Source: Candidatus Hydrogenedentota bacterium
Lineage (GTDB): Bacteria; Hydrogenedentota; Hydrogenedentia; Hydrogenedentales; SLHB01
Assembly: GCA_045863335.1 (NCBI GenBank)
Contig: BTVY01000024.1
Coordinates: 32,001-96,000 of the forward strand
DNA: 64,000 nt
Direction of reading: 5' to 3'
The translations under genes and the position numbers were made by a program. Below, piece by piece: positions 29,735-39,908 of this stretch (positions are counted from its first letter, which is position 1; the number at the start of each line of letters is the position of its first letter). Below the pieces are notes generated by a model that made no database searches, was not told the DNA's origin, and was given only the letters and a program-made list of their open reading frames with translations.

Positions 29735-29928
29735 ACGGGCTGGAAGCCCGTGTTGGGGAGGGTGCGCGACCGGTAAACCGATAGATTGAGGTGACCGAGA
29801 AGTTCGCAATTTCCGGACACGGGCTGGAAGCCCGTGGCACCTCGGGGAACCCGCCAGTTGCTTATTGAGATCAGGTGCTGGAGTAATTCTGAGGTTCCGG
29901 GCACGGGCTGGAAGCCCGTGGCACCTCG
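29735..29928. repeat. Three REP palindromes at an exact 84-bp period
   Basis: ACGGGCTGGAAGCCCGTG at 29735, 29819 and 29903. Copies 2 and 3 share 34 bp with one mismatch. Confidence 0.9.
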
Positions 29929-30034
29929 AACGCACCTCGTTGCGAGCCGGTAGTTGCATTGGTAATGGGGCGCGTTCATACTTTTTGCGGCTGTAGTTTT
30001 GTTCGTTTTTCGTTTCCTCACGGAGGCAATCTTC

Positions 30035-32842
30035 ATGAAACGTTTCAATTGCACGGGTCTCATCGTACTGGTCCTATTCGTTATATATGTCCCATCCGCT
30101 CTGGCGGAGAAGCTCTTCGACTTCCACGAGTCCACGCTGGACAACGGTATGCGCGTGGTGACGCTGGAGGATTTCTCGACCCCTATCGTCGCGGTGCAGG
30201 TGTGGTACGACGTAGGGTCGAAGGATGAGGATCCGGAGCGGCAGGGCTTTGCGCACATGTTCGAACACATGATGTTCGCGGGGACGGAGCGTATCGGCTC
30301 GGAGCAGCATGGCGCGCTGTTGCGGGAGATTGGCGGCGACTGCAACGCCTTCACCAGTTTCGATTTCACGGCCTATGTGAACACAGTGCCCGCGAATCAA
30401 CTGGAACTGGTGTTGTGGCTGGAAGCGGAACGCCTCATGTATCTGGACGTGTCACAAGAGTCCTTCGACACGGAGCGGCAGGTGGTCGAGGAAGAACGGC
30501 GGATGGGAATCAACCGGCCCTACGGCACCATCGCGGAGCAGGTGTTGCCGACGATCTTCACGGAGCATCCCTACCGATGGATGCCCATCGGCAACATCCC
30601 CGATCTGCGCGCGGCGCACCTGAGCGAGTTGCAGCGATTCTGGGACCGGTTTTACCTGCCGTCCAACGCCACGCTGGTTATCGTCGGCGCGGTGAAGCAC
30701 AAGGACGCGCAGGAACTGGCGAAGAAGTACTTCGGCTGGATGCCGGGCGGCGATGTTCAGGATCGCGGCGATGCGAAAGAGCCGCCGCAGAACGAATCGC
30801 GGTCGGTTGCATTGGAAGAGCCCTTTGGGCCCGTCCCGCTGGCGGGGTATATCTACCGCGGGGTGCCCGAGAGTCACGAGGATGCGATTCCGCTGCAGCT
30901 CCTCATGATGGTGCTTGGGGAGGGCGAGAGCAGCCGCCTGTACACGGACTTGGTTAGAGACCGAAAGCTGTGTGTGCAGGTCATGGCGGACGCGTATCTC
31001 ATGGACGATGACGGCGTGTTTGGCGCGGGTGCCGCGCTGAATCCCATGGCTGATATGGATAAGGCCCTTGAAGCAATCGACACGCATCTCCAGGCCGTCA
31101 TCGATACGCCGGTTGACGAGCGCGAACTGACCAAGGCAAAGAACCAGATGTTGCGGACGGCTGTGACGGATGCGTTGACTGTCGAAAGCAAGGCGCAGGA
31201 GACGGGCTATGCGTCGGTCATCTACAGCGATCCGGAGTGGTTGAACAAGAAGCTGGACAAGATTGGGGCGGTTACGCTGGACGATCTCCAGCGCGTCGCG
31301 AAGACGTACATCACGCCGGAGCGACGGACTGTCCTTCGTGTGACACCGAATCCGGAGAAGAAGATCGACGAAGATGAAACGGCTCCGGTCGCGCCGCCGG
31401 AGACGGAGAAGGTAGAGCGAAAAGGCCCGAAAGTGGGCATGGAACATCCGGAGTGGTTCCCAATGAAGCCTCCGGTGGCGTCGATGATTGACGAGTTGCC
31501 TGAGATCGCGAAGGCGAGCCGCACGTTGGAAAACGGGCTCAAGGTGGTGGTCGTTCCCAATCACGAGGTGCCGTTCGTGACGGTTACGCTGGGTTCCACT
31601 TACGGCGCGTGGGCGGAGGATCCGGCGACACCGGGCGTCGCCGCGATGACCTATAGCATGCTGACACAGGGCACGGAGAATTACACGGCCGCGGAGTTGG
31701 CGGAGACTATCGAGTTTAATGCCATCACGCTTAGCGGCGTGGCGTCTCTCGACGAAGCGCAAGTCAGCGCGACGGGTCTGACGGACAAGCTACCCTTGGC
31801 GGTGGAACTGCTGGCCGAGGTGGTACGCCGCCCCACGTTTCCCGGAGACCAACTGGATCTCAAGAAGGAACAACTGGCGCTGGGAAAGTCGGTCGATGAA
31901 GAGGACGCCCAGTACATTGCATCGCGCGGGTTGCGCCAGGCCATCTTCGGTGAGCACCCCTATTCGCGCGCGCCGGAGGGCGAGCTTGCCGACGTGCCGA
32001 AACTGAACGCGGAGGCTTTAAGAACATTCTGGAAGAACTATCTGCGGCCGGACACGACGGTGATCTACCTCGCGGGAGATGTGAAGGAGAAGCAAGCGTA
32101 CAGTTTGATTGAGAAGTACTTTGGCGATTGGACCGCGGAAGGCGATGCGCCAACGCCAAGCATGGCGCCGATTCCCGAGGCGAGACCGACGCACATCGTG
32201 TTGATCGATCGGCCGGGCGCGGTGCAAAGCCAGATCGCGGCGGGCCAGGTCAGCATTACGCGGAACGATCCCCGGTACCACGCTTCGCGCGTGTATTCGC
32301 AGATCTTTGGCGGGGCGTTCGAGAGTCGGCTGAACACCACGATCCGAATCGAGCGGGGATTGACCTACGGCGCCTTCGGAGGCATCCGACCTTTCCGTTA
32401 CGCGGGGCAGTTTTTCGGTCAGACGTTTACGAAGACGGAGTCCACGGCGGAAACCGTGCAGGCCTTGCTCGATGTGATCAATGGGATGAAGTCGAATCCG
32501 CCCTCCTCAGAGGAACTCACGACGGCCAAGGCGTACCTGGCGGGGAGTTTTCCGGGGCAGTTGGAAACGCCACAGGACACGGTTTCGTACGAGTGGATTA
32601 TCGAATACATGGATCTGCCTGCGGACTACCTGAACGAGGCGCTGGAGGGATACAAGAGTACGACGTTGGAGGATGCGCTGGGAATTGCATCGGAAGTCGT
32701 TGACGCAGAGGCGCTTACAATCGTCGTGGTTGGCGAGGCGGGTGCGATCCGGGAGAAACTCGAAGCCATCGCGCCGGTGACGGTGATCGCGGCGCCGGAG
32801 GCCCCGGCTGAGGCTCCGGCGGAGGAAGAATCGGCGGCGTAG
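30035..32842 (+). CDS. M16 (pitrilysin/insulinase) zinc peptidase, secreted, two-module
   Basis: Signal peptide, LDNGMRVV, HMFEH (HxxEH), NAFTSFD; second LENGLKVV module without the metal motif. Confidence 0.93.
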   Translation: MKRFNCTGLIVLVLFVIYVPSALAEKLFDFHESTLDNGMRVVTLEDFSTPIVAVQVWYDVGSKDEDPERQGFAHMFEHMMFAGTERIGSEQHGALLREIGGDCNAFTSFDFTAYVNTVPANQLELVLWLEAERLMYLDVSQESFDTERQVVEEERRMGINRPYGTIAEQVLPTIFTEHPYRWMPIGNIPDLRAAHLSELQRFWDRFYLPSNATLVIVGAVKHKDAQELAKKYFGWMPGGDVQDRGDAKEPPQNESRSVALEEPFGPVPLAGYIYRGVPESHEDAIPLQLLMMVLGEGESSRLYTDLVRDRKLCVQVMADAYLMDDDGVFGAGAALNPMADMDKALEAIDTHLQAVIDTPVDERELTKAKNQMLRTAVTDALTVESKAQETGYASVIYSDPEWLNKKLDKIGAVTLDDLQRVAKTYITPERRTVLRVTPNPEKKIDEDETAPVAPPETEKVERKGPKVGMEHPEWFPMKPPVASMIDELPEIAKASRTLENGLKVVVVPNHEVPFVTVTLGSTYGAWAEDPATPGVAAMTYSMLTQGTENYTAAELAETIEFNAITLSGVASLDEAQVSATGLTDKLPLAVELLAEVVRRPTFPGDQLDLKKEQLALGKSVDEEDAQYIASRGLRQAIFGEHPYSRAPEGELADVPKLNAEALRTFWKNYLRPDTTVIYLAGDVKEKQAYSLIEKYFGDWTAEGDAPTPSMAPIPEARPTHIVLIDRPGAVQSQIAAGQVSITRNDPRYHASRVYSQIFGGAFESRLNTTIRIERGLTYGAFGGIRPFRYAGQFFGQTFTKTESTAETVQALLDVINGMKSNPPSSEELTTAKAYLAGSFPGQLETPQDTVSYEWIIEYMDLPADYLNEALEGYKSTTLEDALGIASEVVDAEALTIVVVGEAGAIREKLEAIAPVTVIAAPEAPAEAPAEEESAA

Positions 32843-32999
32843 CGGGAACTTCGAAGGTGCTTGTAGCCCGCGATTCCGCGCGGCGGATTTTGGTATGATC
32901 GAATGTGGAACGAAGGCTTTCCGGACGTGGAGAGCATTGGAAATACTTGGGTTCCGCTCCTTGTTGATACGATGAGGCGGCAAGTCTGGAGGTAGCGAG

Positions 33000-33491
33000 A
33001 TGCTCTATTACAAGGTAAGCCAACCGGTACCCGGCAAGGGCGACGCGTGGGTATTCTACGAATGTGACGAAAAGTTCAACATTCAACGTCAGATGACCCA
33101 CATCCCCGGGACCGATGAAACGGACTGCATCGCCAACCCGCTGGTTAAGAAAATGACGAACATGGCGTACATGCAGAAGTCCTCGAAGGAAGAGTTCGAC
33201 CAGTACTGGTCTGACGACCATGTTCGCGAACATGTCGATTTCCAGCATAGCGGCAAACAGGACGGCATGAAGTATTTCAGTCTGGACATGACCATCGGCG
33301 AAGCCATGTCGATCCACCCGCGCGTGGCCGAGGTATTCGCGGCCTTTCATCTCGGCGGCTGTTCCCACTGTGGAATCAATCAGTATGAGACGATTGGACA
33401 GGTAACCGCGGGATATGGCGTCGACGCCGATATGCTGTTGGAAGTTTTGGAGGGGTTGATGCAGCCTCAGGAAGAGGCGAGCACATCCTGA
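33000..33491 (+). CDS. Two-domain protein: unknown N-terminal domain plus DUF1858-like redox/CxxC domain
   Basis: C-half SLDMTIGEAMSIHPRVAEVF..GGCSHCG...ETIGQVTAGYGVDADMLLEVL. RBS GGAGG. Confidence 0.75.
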   Translation: MLYYKVSQPVPGKGDAWVFYECDEKFNIQRQMTHIPGTDETDCIANPLVKKMTNMAYMQKSSKEEFDQYWSDDHVREHVDFQHSGKQDGMKYFSLDMTIGEAMSIHPRVAEVFAAFHLGGCSHCGINQYETIGQVTAGYGVDADMLLEVLEGLMQPQEEASTS

Positions 33492-33526
33492 GCAGGCGGG
33501 AATCGGGTTAGGGAGATACGTTTCAG

Positions 33527-33883
33527 ATGACCATGGACACAAGCACGCAGCAGCCGAAGGCCCTGGTATGCGCCACGGAAGGCGCGGTGGCAGAATTGAA
33601 ACGACTGATGGAACGCGAACCGGCGGAAGTGGACGGCGTGCGTCTCGGCGTTAAGGGCGGCGGATGTTCCGGCCTGTCATATGTATTGGAGTTCGGCAAG
33701 CGGCGGGATGGCGACAACATCGTGGAACAGGGCGGCGTGCAGTTTCTTATGGACCGCAAGTCCGCCATCTACCTGAAAGGGATCGTGCTGGATTACAAGG
33801 AAGGCCTGAACGGCAAGGGGTTTGTGTTTAGCAATCCGAATGCGTCCAGCACGTGTGGTTGCGGGGAATCGTTCAGCGTTTAG
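33527..33883 (+). CDS. iscA: A-type Fe-S carrier (IscA/SufA/HesB)
   Basis: GVKGGGCSGLSY, GFVFSNPNASSTCGCGESF. Confidence 0.93.
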   Translation: MTMDTSTQQPKALVCATEGAVAELKRLMEREPAEVDGVRLGVKGGGCSGLSYVLEFGKRRDGDNIVEQGGVQFLMDRKSAIYLKGIVLDYKEGLNGKGFVFSNPNASSTCGCGESFSV

Positions 33884-33968
33884 GCTGGCTCACGCCGACG
33901 GCGTGGCCTGATCGAAACTCAATCCAGGGAACCCTCTCGACGAGACGGTTCCCTTCCTTTATGCCGAG

Positions 33969-35747
33969 ATGAACAAGCCGACACAAGAAGCCATCGACCA
34001 AGTCCACACCGTGCGGGAATGCGCCGGGCTCTGGCGTCGCGATGACTACACCTTTATCCGATTTGAAGGTAACGACGTCGCGTCGTGGCTGCAGTCGCAG
34101 ACCTCCAATGACGTGTTGAAGCTGAATTCCGGAGACGGTCACGCGAACGCGCGGTTGGACCGCAAGGGGCGGCTCCAGGCGCATTTCACGCTGCATCGCT
34201 GGGAAGACGAATACTGGCTGCTCATCGAACGGCAACAAGCGCCAACGTTGCTTGAACAGTTGGACGCGCACCTCTTTCTCGAAGACGTCCGGATGGAAGA
34301 CGCGGGTGACTCGTTGGTCCAGATGGCGATTCAGGGTCCGCGAACGCGGGCGTTTCTGGCGTCATTGCTCGACACCGCCGCAGGGATCGCGTCAGACCAG
34401 TTGCCTAACCGCATGTACGGGTGCCACCCGCTGGAACTCATGGGCATACAGGTTCTGGCCTTTCGTCTGTCCCAGACGGGGGAAGACGGCGTCGTGTTGG
34501 TCGTGCAATCGGATGACGCGAACGCGTTGACAGAGGGACTACACAAGAGACTCCGAGAGTTTGGCGGATGCATGGCCGGAACGGAGGCCCGGGAGGTTCT
34601 TCGAATCGAAGCCGGACTGCCGCAATTCGGGGTCGATATGGATTCGACGAACCGCATCCCCGAGACAACGCTGGAACGGGAGGCTGTCAGCTATGAGAAG
34701 GGGTGCTATCTCGGCCAGGAGGTAGTGGCGAAACTTCGCGCGTACAGCTCGGTTAAGCAGGCGCTGGTCGGCCTGGTTCTGGACGATGGAGACGCCTCGC
34801 CCGCCCTGAACTCGCCCCTCTTTGTCGATGGCCGTCAGGTTGGCATCGCGAAATCCGGTGTCTTCTCCCCCACGCTTGGCGCGCCGGTATGCCTGGCGTA
34901 TCTGGATCGGGATCACCGGACGCCGGGGGAACGGCTCGCGTTTGCACTTCAACCGGAGGGTCCCGTCAGGAGCGGGGTCGTTGTCGTGCTGCCGTTCTAT
35001 GAACCGCAGAACCCCGAGGAGCGGGCGCGTTCGCTGTACCATCGCGCATTGGAAATATTCGAGCACGATGCCGAGGACACGGATACCGCGGCAATCGAGT
35101 TGCTGAAAGAGGCGGCACTGGTGGCGCCGGAGTTTGAGGACGCGTACGAGGCGCTTGGCGTGATCCTGAATCGCCACCACCGCGTCGACGAAGCGATTCA
35201 CTACATGAAGATCCTCGAACGGTTGAATCCCGACAGCGTCATGGTCCATACCAACCTTTCGGTGTTCTACGTGGCCAAGGGAATGATCGAGGAAGCGGAG
35301 GAGGAAAAGGCGAAGGCTGCGGTGTTGCAGATGAAAGCCGCCCGGGACGCGAATCAGGCAGAGCAAATGGCAGCGGCGGAGCGCGAACGCATTCGCCAGG
35401 AAGCAGCAGAGCGGATTCGGATGTTCGAGGAAGTTCTCGAGATCGATCCGGAGGATGCCTTGGCAACCTTTGGCATGGGTATGGCCTTCGTGCAATTGGG
35501 CGAGTACGAGAAGGCGCTTCCCTTCCTTGACCGGGCGACACGCGTTCAGAAGGATTATTCGGTCGCGTTCCTGAACCTGGGCAAGTGTCAGGAGTACCTT
35601 GACCGAAAGGCTGAAGCCATCGAGGCGTACCGGGCGGGCATTCGCGCGGCGGGACGTAAAGGGGATCTCATGCCGATGCGCGAGATGGAACGCCGTCTCA
35701 AAGCGCTTGAGGGGACGGAATCCGAATCGGCTCGGGCCGATTCTTAA
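33969..35747 (+). CDS. ygfZ: YgfZ/IBA57 folate-binding Fe-S maturation protein fused to C-terminal TPR repeats
   Basis: LRIEAGLP, VSYEKGCYLGQEVVA (YgfZ signature); about 240 aa of TPR-type helices at the C-terminus. Confidence 0.88.
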   Translation: MNKPTQEAIDQVHTVRECAGLWRRDDYTFIRFEGNDVASWLQSQTSNDVLKLNSGDGHANARLDRKGRLQAHFTLHRWEDEYWLLIERQQAPTLLEQLDAHLFLEDVRMEDAGDSLVQMAIQGPRTRAFLASLLDTAAGIASDQLPNRMYGCHPLELMGIQVLAFRLSQTGEDGVVLVVQSDDANALTEGLHKRLREFGGCMAGTEAREVLRIEAGLPQFGVDMDSTNRIPETTLEREAVSYEKGCYLGQEVVAKLRAYSSVKQALVGLVLDDGDASPALNSPLFVDGRQVGIAKSGVFSPTLGAPVCLAYLDRDHRTPGERLAFALQPEGPVRSGVVVVLPFYEPQNPEERARSLYHRALEIFEHDAEDTDTAAIELLKEAALVAPEFEDAYEALGVILNRHHRVDEAIHYMKILERLNPDSVMVHTNLSVFYVAKGMIEEAEEEKAKAAVLQMKAARDANQAEQMAAAERERIRQEAAERIRMFEEVLEIDPEDALATFGMGMAFVQLGEYEKALPFLDRATRVQKDYSVAFLNLGKCQEYLDRKAEAIEAYRAGIRAAGRKGDLMPMREMERRLKALEGTESESARADS

Positions 35748-35815
35748 GTAGAAACGGGGACGAGCCTGAGGCCCGTCCCCGGTAGGGTGCATTCCAACCC
35801 GTTTCGTGTAGATGC

Positions 35816-37042
35816 CTACTCGATTGCGCCGCCCCTCACCAACGCCTTCTTCGCCTGCACGTTGATATAGTTCGGCTTGATTTCGCTGTCGGTGCCCGAC
35901 GTTGCGCCGACCGTCAGCGACACGGTGTAGTTCGCGATGGCCGTATACGTGTGAGACGGGTTCTGTAGCGTACTCATCGTCCCGTCGCCGAAAGTCCATA
36001 ACCACGTATCGATCTGGGCGGCCGAACCGGGGCTGGACAGGTCTGTGAACAGGACAGGAACGCCTACTGACGGTGTTGTGTCGTTCGCTATGAACTGGGC
36101 GGTCGGCGGAACCGGCTTGACCTGAATATAGCTGGTTCGCGTCCGCGTGTCTGAACCGTTGACTGTCGTAACCGTAAGGGAAACAGTGAAATTGGCGATT
36201 TGGTTGTAGGTGTGCGACGGGTTCTGGGCGGCGCTCGTGACGCCGTCGCCGAACTCCCAGAACCACGTGTCGATCTGCGCCGCCGAACCCGGGTCGGATA
36301 GATCGCTAAATTGGACCGGGGTTCCCACGATGGGCATGGTCGTCGAAGCGACGAAGTCCGCCGTAGGCGGCGAAGGTCCTTCGACGCTGATGTATGCCAC
36401 TTTGACCTCGGTATCGGTCAGGGTCCCGTTGCCCACCGTGAGCGTGACGGTATAGACGCCCTGCGCCGGGAAAATGTGCTGTTGCGGATTCTGCAGATTG
36501 CTCTGCGTGCCGTCGCCGAAATCCCACATCCAACTGTTCAGTGGAGCCTCTTCTGGGGCCACCGAAGACAGGTCGGTGAAATCAACACCTTCGCCGATGG
36601 GGACGACGAGGGGCGTCGCTTCGAAATCCGCGGAAATGCGCGATGTGGCGGTCACCGGGATGGTGATCGTGCTGACGCCTGGCGCGGAAACCGTAATCGC
36701 TCCCGTATTGGTCCCTGCGGATAGTTCGCCTCGATCCACCGACACGGTGAAGGATGCCGGATCGCTGGGCCCGGTGCTATTGCCTGTAGGGGGTGATACG
36801 GAAAACCACGCAGCGCCGCCATCGCTCAGGGTGAACGTAGGCAAAGGCTGCGACGTAAAGTTTTTCGAAATCTTAAGTGTAAGCGTGCTCTTGTCTGTCC
36901 CGAAATCCAGCGATGTCGGGCTTGCGATGAAGAACGGCAGATAATCCGGTGGCGTTGGAGAAGGCAGCGGACAACCAACCCCTACGAGCAGTCCGGTACC
37001 GATCAAGCCGGCCAGCATGAGTGAATTCTTGAACTTCGACAT
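35816..37042 (-). CDS. Lipoprotein with BACON-like and three PKD domains
   Basis: LLVGVG-C lipobox; three ADF.A...V.F.DLS...W.W.FGDG..S..QNP.H.Y...YTV.LTV repeats. Confidence 0.9.
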   Translation of the reverse strand: MSKFKNSLMLAGLIGTGLLVGVGCPLPSPTPPDYLPFFIASPTSLDFGTDKSTLTLKISKNFTSQPLPTFTLSDGGAAWFSVSPPTGNSTGPSDPASFTVSVDRGELSAGTNTGAITVSAPGVSTITIPVTATSRISADFEATPLVVPIGEGVDFTDLSSVAPEEAPLNSWMWDFGDGTQSNLQNPQQHIFPAQGVYTVTLTVGNGTLTDTEVKVAYISVEGPSPPTADFVASTTMPIVGTPVQFSDLSDPGSAAQIDTWFWEFGDGVTSAAQNPSHTYNQIANFTVSLTVTTVNGSDTRTRTSYIQVKPVPPTAQFIANDTTPSVGVPVLFTDLSSPGSAAQIDTWLWTFGDGTMSTLQNPSHTYTAIANYTVSLTVGATSGTDSEIKPNYINVQAKKALVRGGAIE

Positions 37043-37215
37043 TCGCCGGGTTCCTCCGTAACTTCGGGATCCATAAGGCAGGGATTCCGAGCGGCAAATC
37101 CTGTCCCCGCAACCCTCGTTTTAAAGTAATACCATCATGCCATCCGGATGATACAACAGTCAACAGTTTAAGAAAGGTCTCGGGGGTAGCCCGGGGAGGC
37201 CGGGATTGTTCCAAA

Positions 37216-38532
37216 TCATTCTGACGCGGATACTTGGTCTACCTGCAATTGCGCCTTGAACACGAGTTCCGCCTTGCAGATGTAATCATGGTCCAGGATG
37301 GTGTATCCCCGCCGTTCGAGCGCCTCCTTCAGGCTCTCGAAGGTATAGAACGTGACGTGCTCGTCGGCGTAGGCGCCCGGAGCGACCATACCGTAGATCC
37401 GTTCAATGAGGGGCCACTGCCAGCCGCCGTAGTCCGGTGTTCCGAGGATGAGAATCCCGCCGGGTTTGAGAATCCGCGTCAGCTCGTCGAGCAGCCGGCC
37501 ATCTTCATTGGGGATGTGCTCGATAACTTCCGAGCTGATGACACAATCAAAGCTATCGTCCCGAAATGGCAGGACCATTCCATTGGCCTGGCTAAGGAAC
37601 CGGTTCGTGCGCCGCATGAAGGCCAGTTTGTCGTGCCGCATGTCGATACCGACCGCGTTCGGGAGGTCTGCCAGGATCCGGCTGCTGCCGCAGCCCACGT
37701 CGCAGATGGAACCATCGCGAGCCGCGAACCGCAGGATAATGTCGTGCCGTTTGCGCTGCCAGTAGCGTTGGAACCAGATCCGGCTGTCGTGGGCGCGCCA
37801 GTCATAGTCAGGAAACTCCACAGAATTGCGGATGCGCCACATGCGGTAGAACAGGTGGAGATAGTCCATTCCGAACCTGATTATCCGCGCATGGGATCCG
37901 CCGTGCACACGGGGCTGGTAGTGAAAAGGGACTTCTTTGATGTGGAGCCCGCGTGCGAAAGCCCGCAGCAGGATTTCCACAAGGATGACGAAGTTGGTGA
38001 AGCGAATGTCGAAGCGCTCGAAGATTCTGCGGCGGTACAGCCGGAACCCGCTGGACAGGTCCAGCACCGGGATGGAAAGCCCCTTGCCGAAAAACGCATT
38101 GAGAATCTTGCTCAGCATAAGGCGGAACGCGGGCTGGTCGGCCTTGCCACCCGCTACGTACCGGGATGCAATCACGATGTCGGAATCGTTGCGCGCGTCC
38201 CACAAGTGGCGGATGAACTCAGCGGGATGGGACATGTCCGCGTCCATGGTGAGGACGTGCGTGCCGCGCGCTTCGGAAACCCCCCGTAAAATGGCCCGCC
38301 CGTAACCGGGGCTCTCCTCGCACACGTAGCGGAAGGGGTCGCCCTCCTGCTCAACCACGGAGCGGGTGCCGTCGGTGGAGTTACCGTCAATGACCAGCAC
38401 TTCCCAGGATTCGGTCAGGGAGTCGAGGGCCTCTCGCAACAGCGGCAGCAGGAGCATGAGGTTCGGGGCCTCGTTCAACGCGGGGATCACCACGCTGAGT
38501 TCGCGCGTTTCCGCCTTCAAGGTTACCTTCAT
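37216..38532 (-). CDS. GT2 (DPM-synthase-like) glycosyltransferase fused to a class I SAM methyltransferase
   Basis: LSVVIPALNE, IDGNSTDGT, MDADMSH, SRYVAGG; then DVGCGS, LPFRDDSFD, SEVIEH, LKPGG. AGGAGG before ATG 38532. Confidence 0.9.
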   Translation of the reverse strand: MKVTLKAETRELSVVIPALNEAPNLMLLLPLLREALDSLTESWEVLVIDGNSTDGTRSVVEQEGDPFRYVCEESPGYGRAILRGVSEARGTHVLTMDADMSHPAEFIRHLWDARNDSDIVIASRYVAGGKADQPAFRLMLSKILNAFFGKGLSIPVLDLSSGFRLYRRRIFERFDIRFTNFVILVEILLRAFARGLHIKEVPFHYQPRVHGGSHARIIRFGMDYLHLFYRMWRIRNSVEFPDYDWRAHDSRIWFQRYWQRKRHDIILRFAARDGSICDVGCGSSRILADLPNAVGIDMRHDKLAFMRRTNRFLSQANGMVLPFRDDSFDCVISSEVIEHIPNEDGRLLDELTRILKPGGILILGTPDYGGWQWPLIERIYGMVAPGAYADEHVTFYTFESLKEALERRGYTILDHDYICKAELVFKAQLQVDQVSASE

Positions 38533-38786
38533 TGCCAGAGACTGCCTCCTAAGAACGATCGCCTGGATGCCCCGCCGGCCGGACGGTACGGCATAGTCCA
38601 AGCTTTAACTCAGGGTACGCGTGAATTATTGCAGACGAAGCGCGCTAACCATAAGCCATTGCGGCAGCGGGATCAAGAGTAAATGGCACGGAATGCCGCG
38701 TCACTTGATCGAAATGGGTCCGTATTCGCATACTGTTGGTGTAAGGAGAGATTCATGCGCCCCACCAATTCGTGCCGGAGGGACCG

Positions 38787-39128
38787 ATGAAGAAGTCCGA
38801 ATTCAAAAAGCAGATTCGTGAGGAGGCCAAGCGCAAGGTCCGCGGACCGCAGGGCGGAACTACGGGCGCGCGAGCGTACCGGGACCGCGTCGAGCAGGGG
38901 CGGACGCAGCTGATGCGAAAGAGTTCGGAAGGCGGAGACACGGGCGCCAAGAAAATCAAGAATGAGCTGACCTATCTTTTGAACAATTACACGCCCAAGT
39001 ACGACATGCGGATTGAACAGCTCATCGACGCGTGGCGTACGAGCCACGACCCCAGCTACGACCCGGGCATCAAGGCGAAGTTCCGGAAAGTCCGGCGGGA
39101 GCACATGCAGAAAAGCAACCCGTACTGA
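38787..39128 (+). CDS. Small basic hypothetical protein
   Basis: GGAGG RBS, genome-typical codon use, K/R-rich helical sequence. Confidence 0.65.
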   Translation: MKKSEFKKQIREEAKRKVRGPQGGTTGARAYRDRVEQGRTQLMRKSSEGGDTGAKKIKNELTYLLNNYTPKYDMRIEQLIDAWRTSHDPSYDPGIKAKFRKVRREHMQKSNPY

Positions 39129-39158
39129 GGACGGTTGCGCATCCCACCCCCGTTGAGT

Positions 39159-39908
39159 TTAGAAGTAGAAGAACAAGTGTTTCGGATAGCCAATTTCGAT
39201 AGGGGAATCCGGCTCGGGCGATTCGCGTTCAAAGGCGTCGAACTGGGCTGAGGATAAGGTTTCCAGATCTTCCAAACCCACGGCTACTTCGGATCCCTGC
39301 CAGACTTCGGTGATGATGTAGTCGCCGTCGCAGCGCCACGCAGAAAACTCGAGCGCATAGAGGCCGCCCCGCGACGCGAAGTAGACGCTGCCTGCGAGGG
39401 AAGTCACGGGGCTCTCCATATCGGCGGCTTCAACGCGTCCACGAATCCCGCCAAAGGCGACCGGGTGAACGTCCGTCCAGTCTACGCCCGCATCCTCCAA
39501 CTCGGCGCGTAACGTTTCCAAAGCGGTGACGCGTTCTACCCGCGCGATTTCATCGATGGATGCGGCGAAGACACTTCCAAACGCCTTGGATTCGACATCC
39601 GCCAACCGGCGCGATCCTTCATACCCTTCCGCGCAGGCGGAAAGCATCAGCGACGAGTCGTTCTCCGCGAGACCGGTCAGAAGCAACTCGGTAGTTCGCG
39701 TAATGGCACGCCGGTCGGCTCCGAAGAACAGACCGTTTTGGACGAGCATTCCACCGCCAAGAATGGCGCCAGACACTACCACCGCAACCGCCAGCGCACC
39801 GCTCATAAACCGGCTTCTCGCCCGGCGGCGCGGTCGCGAAATGGCCGGAGCGTAGATCTGGGCCAAGGCTTCCCCTTCAAACTCAAGACGCTTGCTGAAT
39901 GTCAACAT
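39159..39908 (-). CDS. Hypothetical membrane-anchored protein
   Basis: 249-aa ORF with one N-terminal TM; no recognised motif. Confidence 0.65.
   Translation of the reverse strand: MLTFSKRLEFEGEALAQIYAPAISRPRRRARSRFMSGALAVAVVVSGAILGGGMLVQNGLFFGADRRAITRTTELLLTGLAENDSSLMLSACAEGYEGSRRLADVESKAFGSVFAASIDEIARVERVTALETLRAELEDAGVDWTDVHPVAFGGIRGRVEAADMESPVTSLAGSVYFASRGGLYALEFSAWRCDGDYIITEVWQGSEVAVGLEDLETLSSAQFDAFERESPEPDSPIEIGYPKHLFFYF

Noticed and set aside
29735-29928. CRISPR mini-array
   Set aside because: Only three units, the spacers resemble each other, the core is a REP-type hairpin, and there are no cas genes in the window.
38684-38698. sigma54 promoter TGGCACGGAATGC
   Set aside because: The GG-to-GC spacing is two bases short of the required 10.
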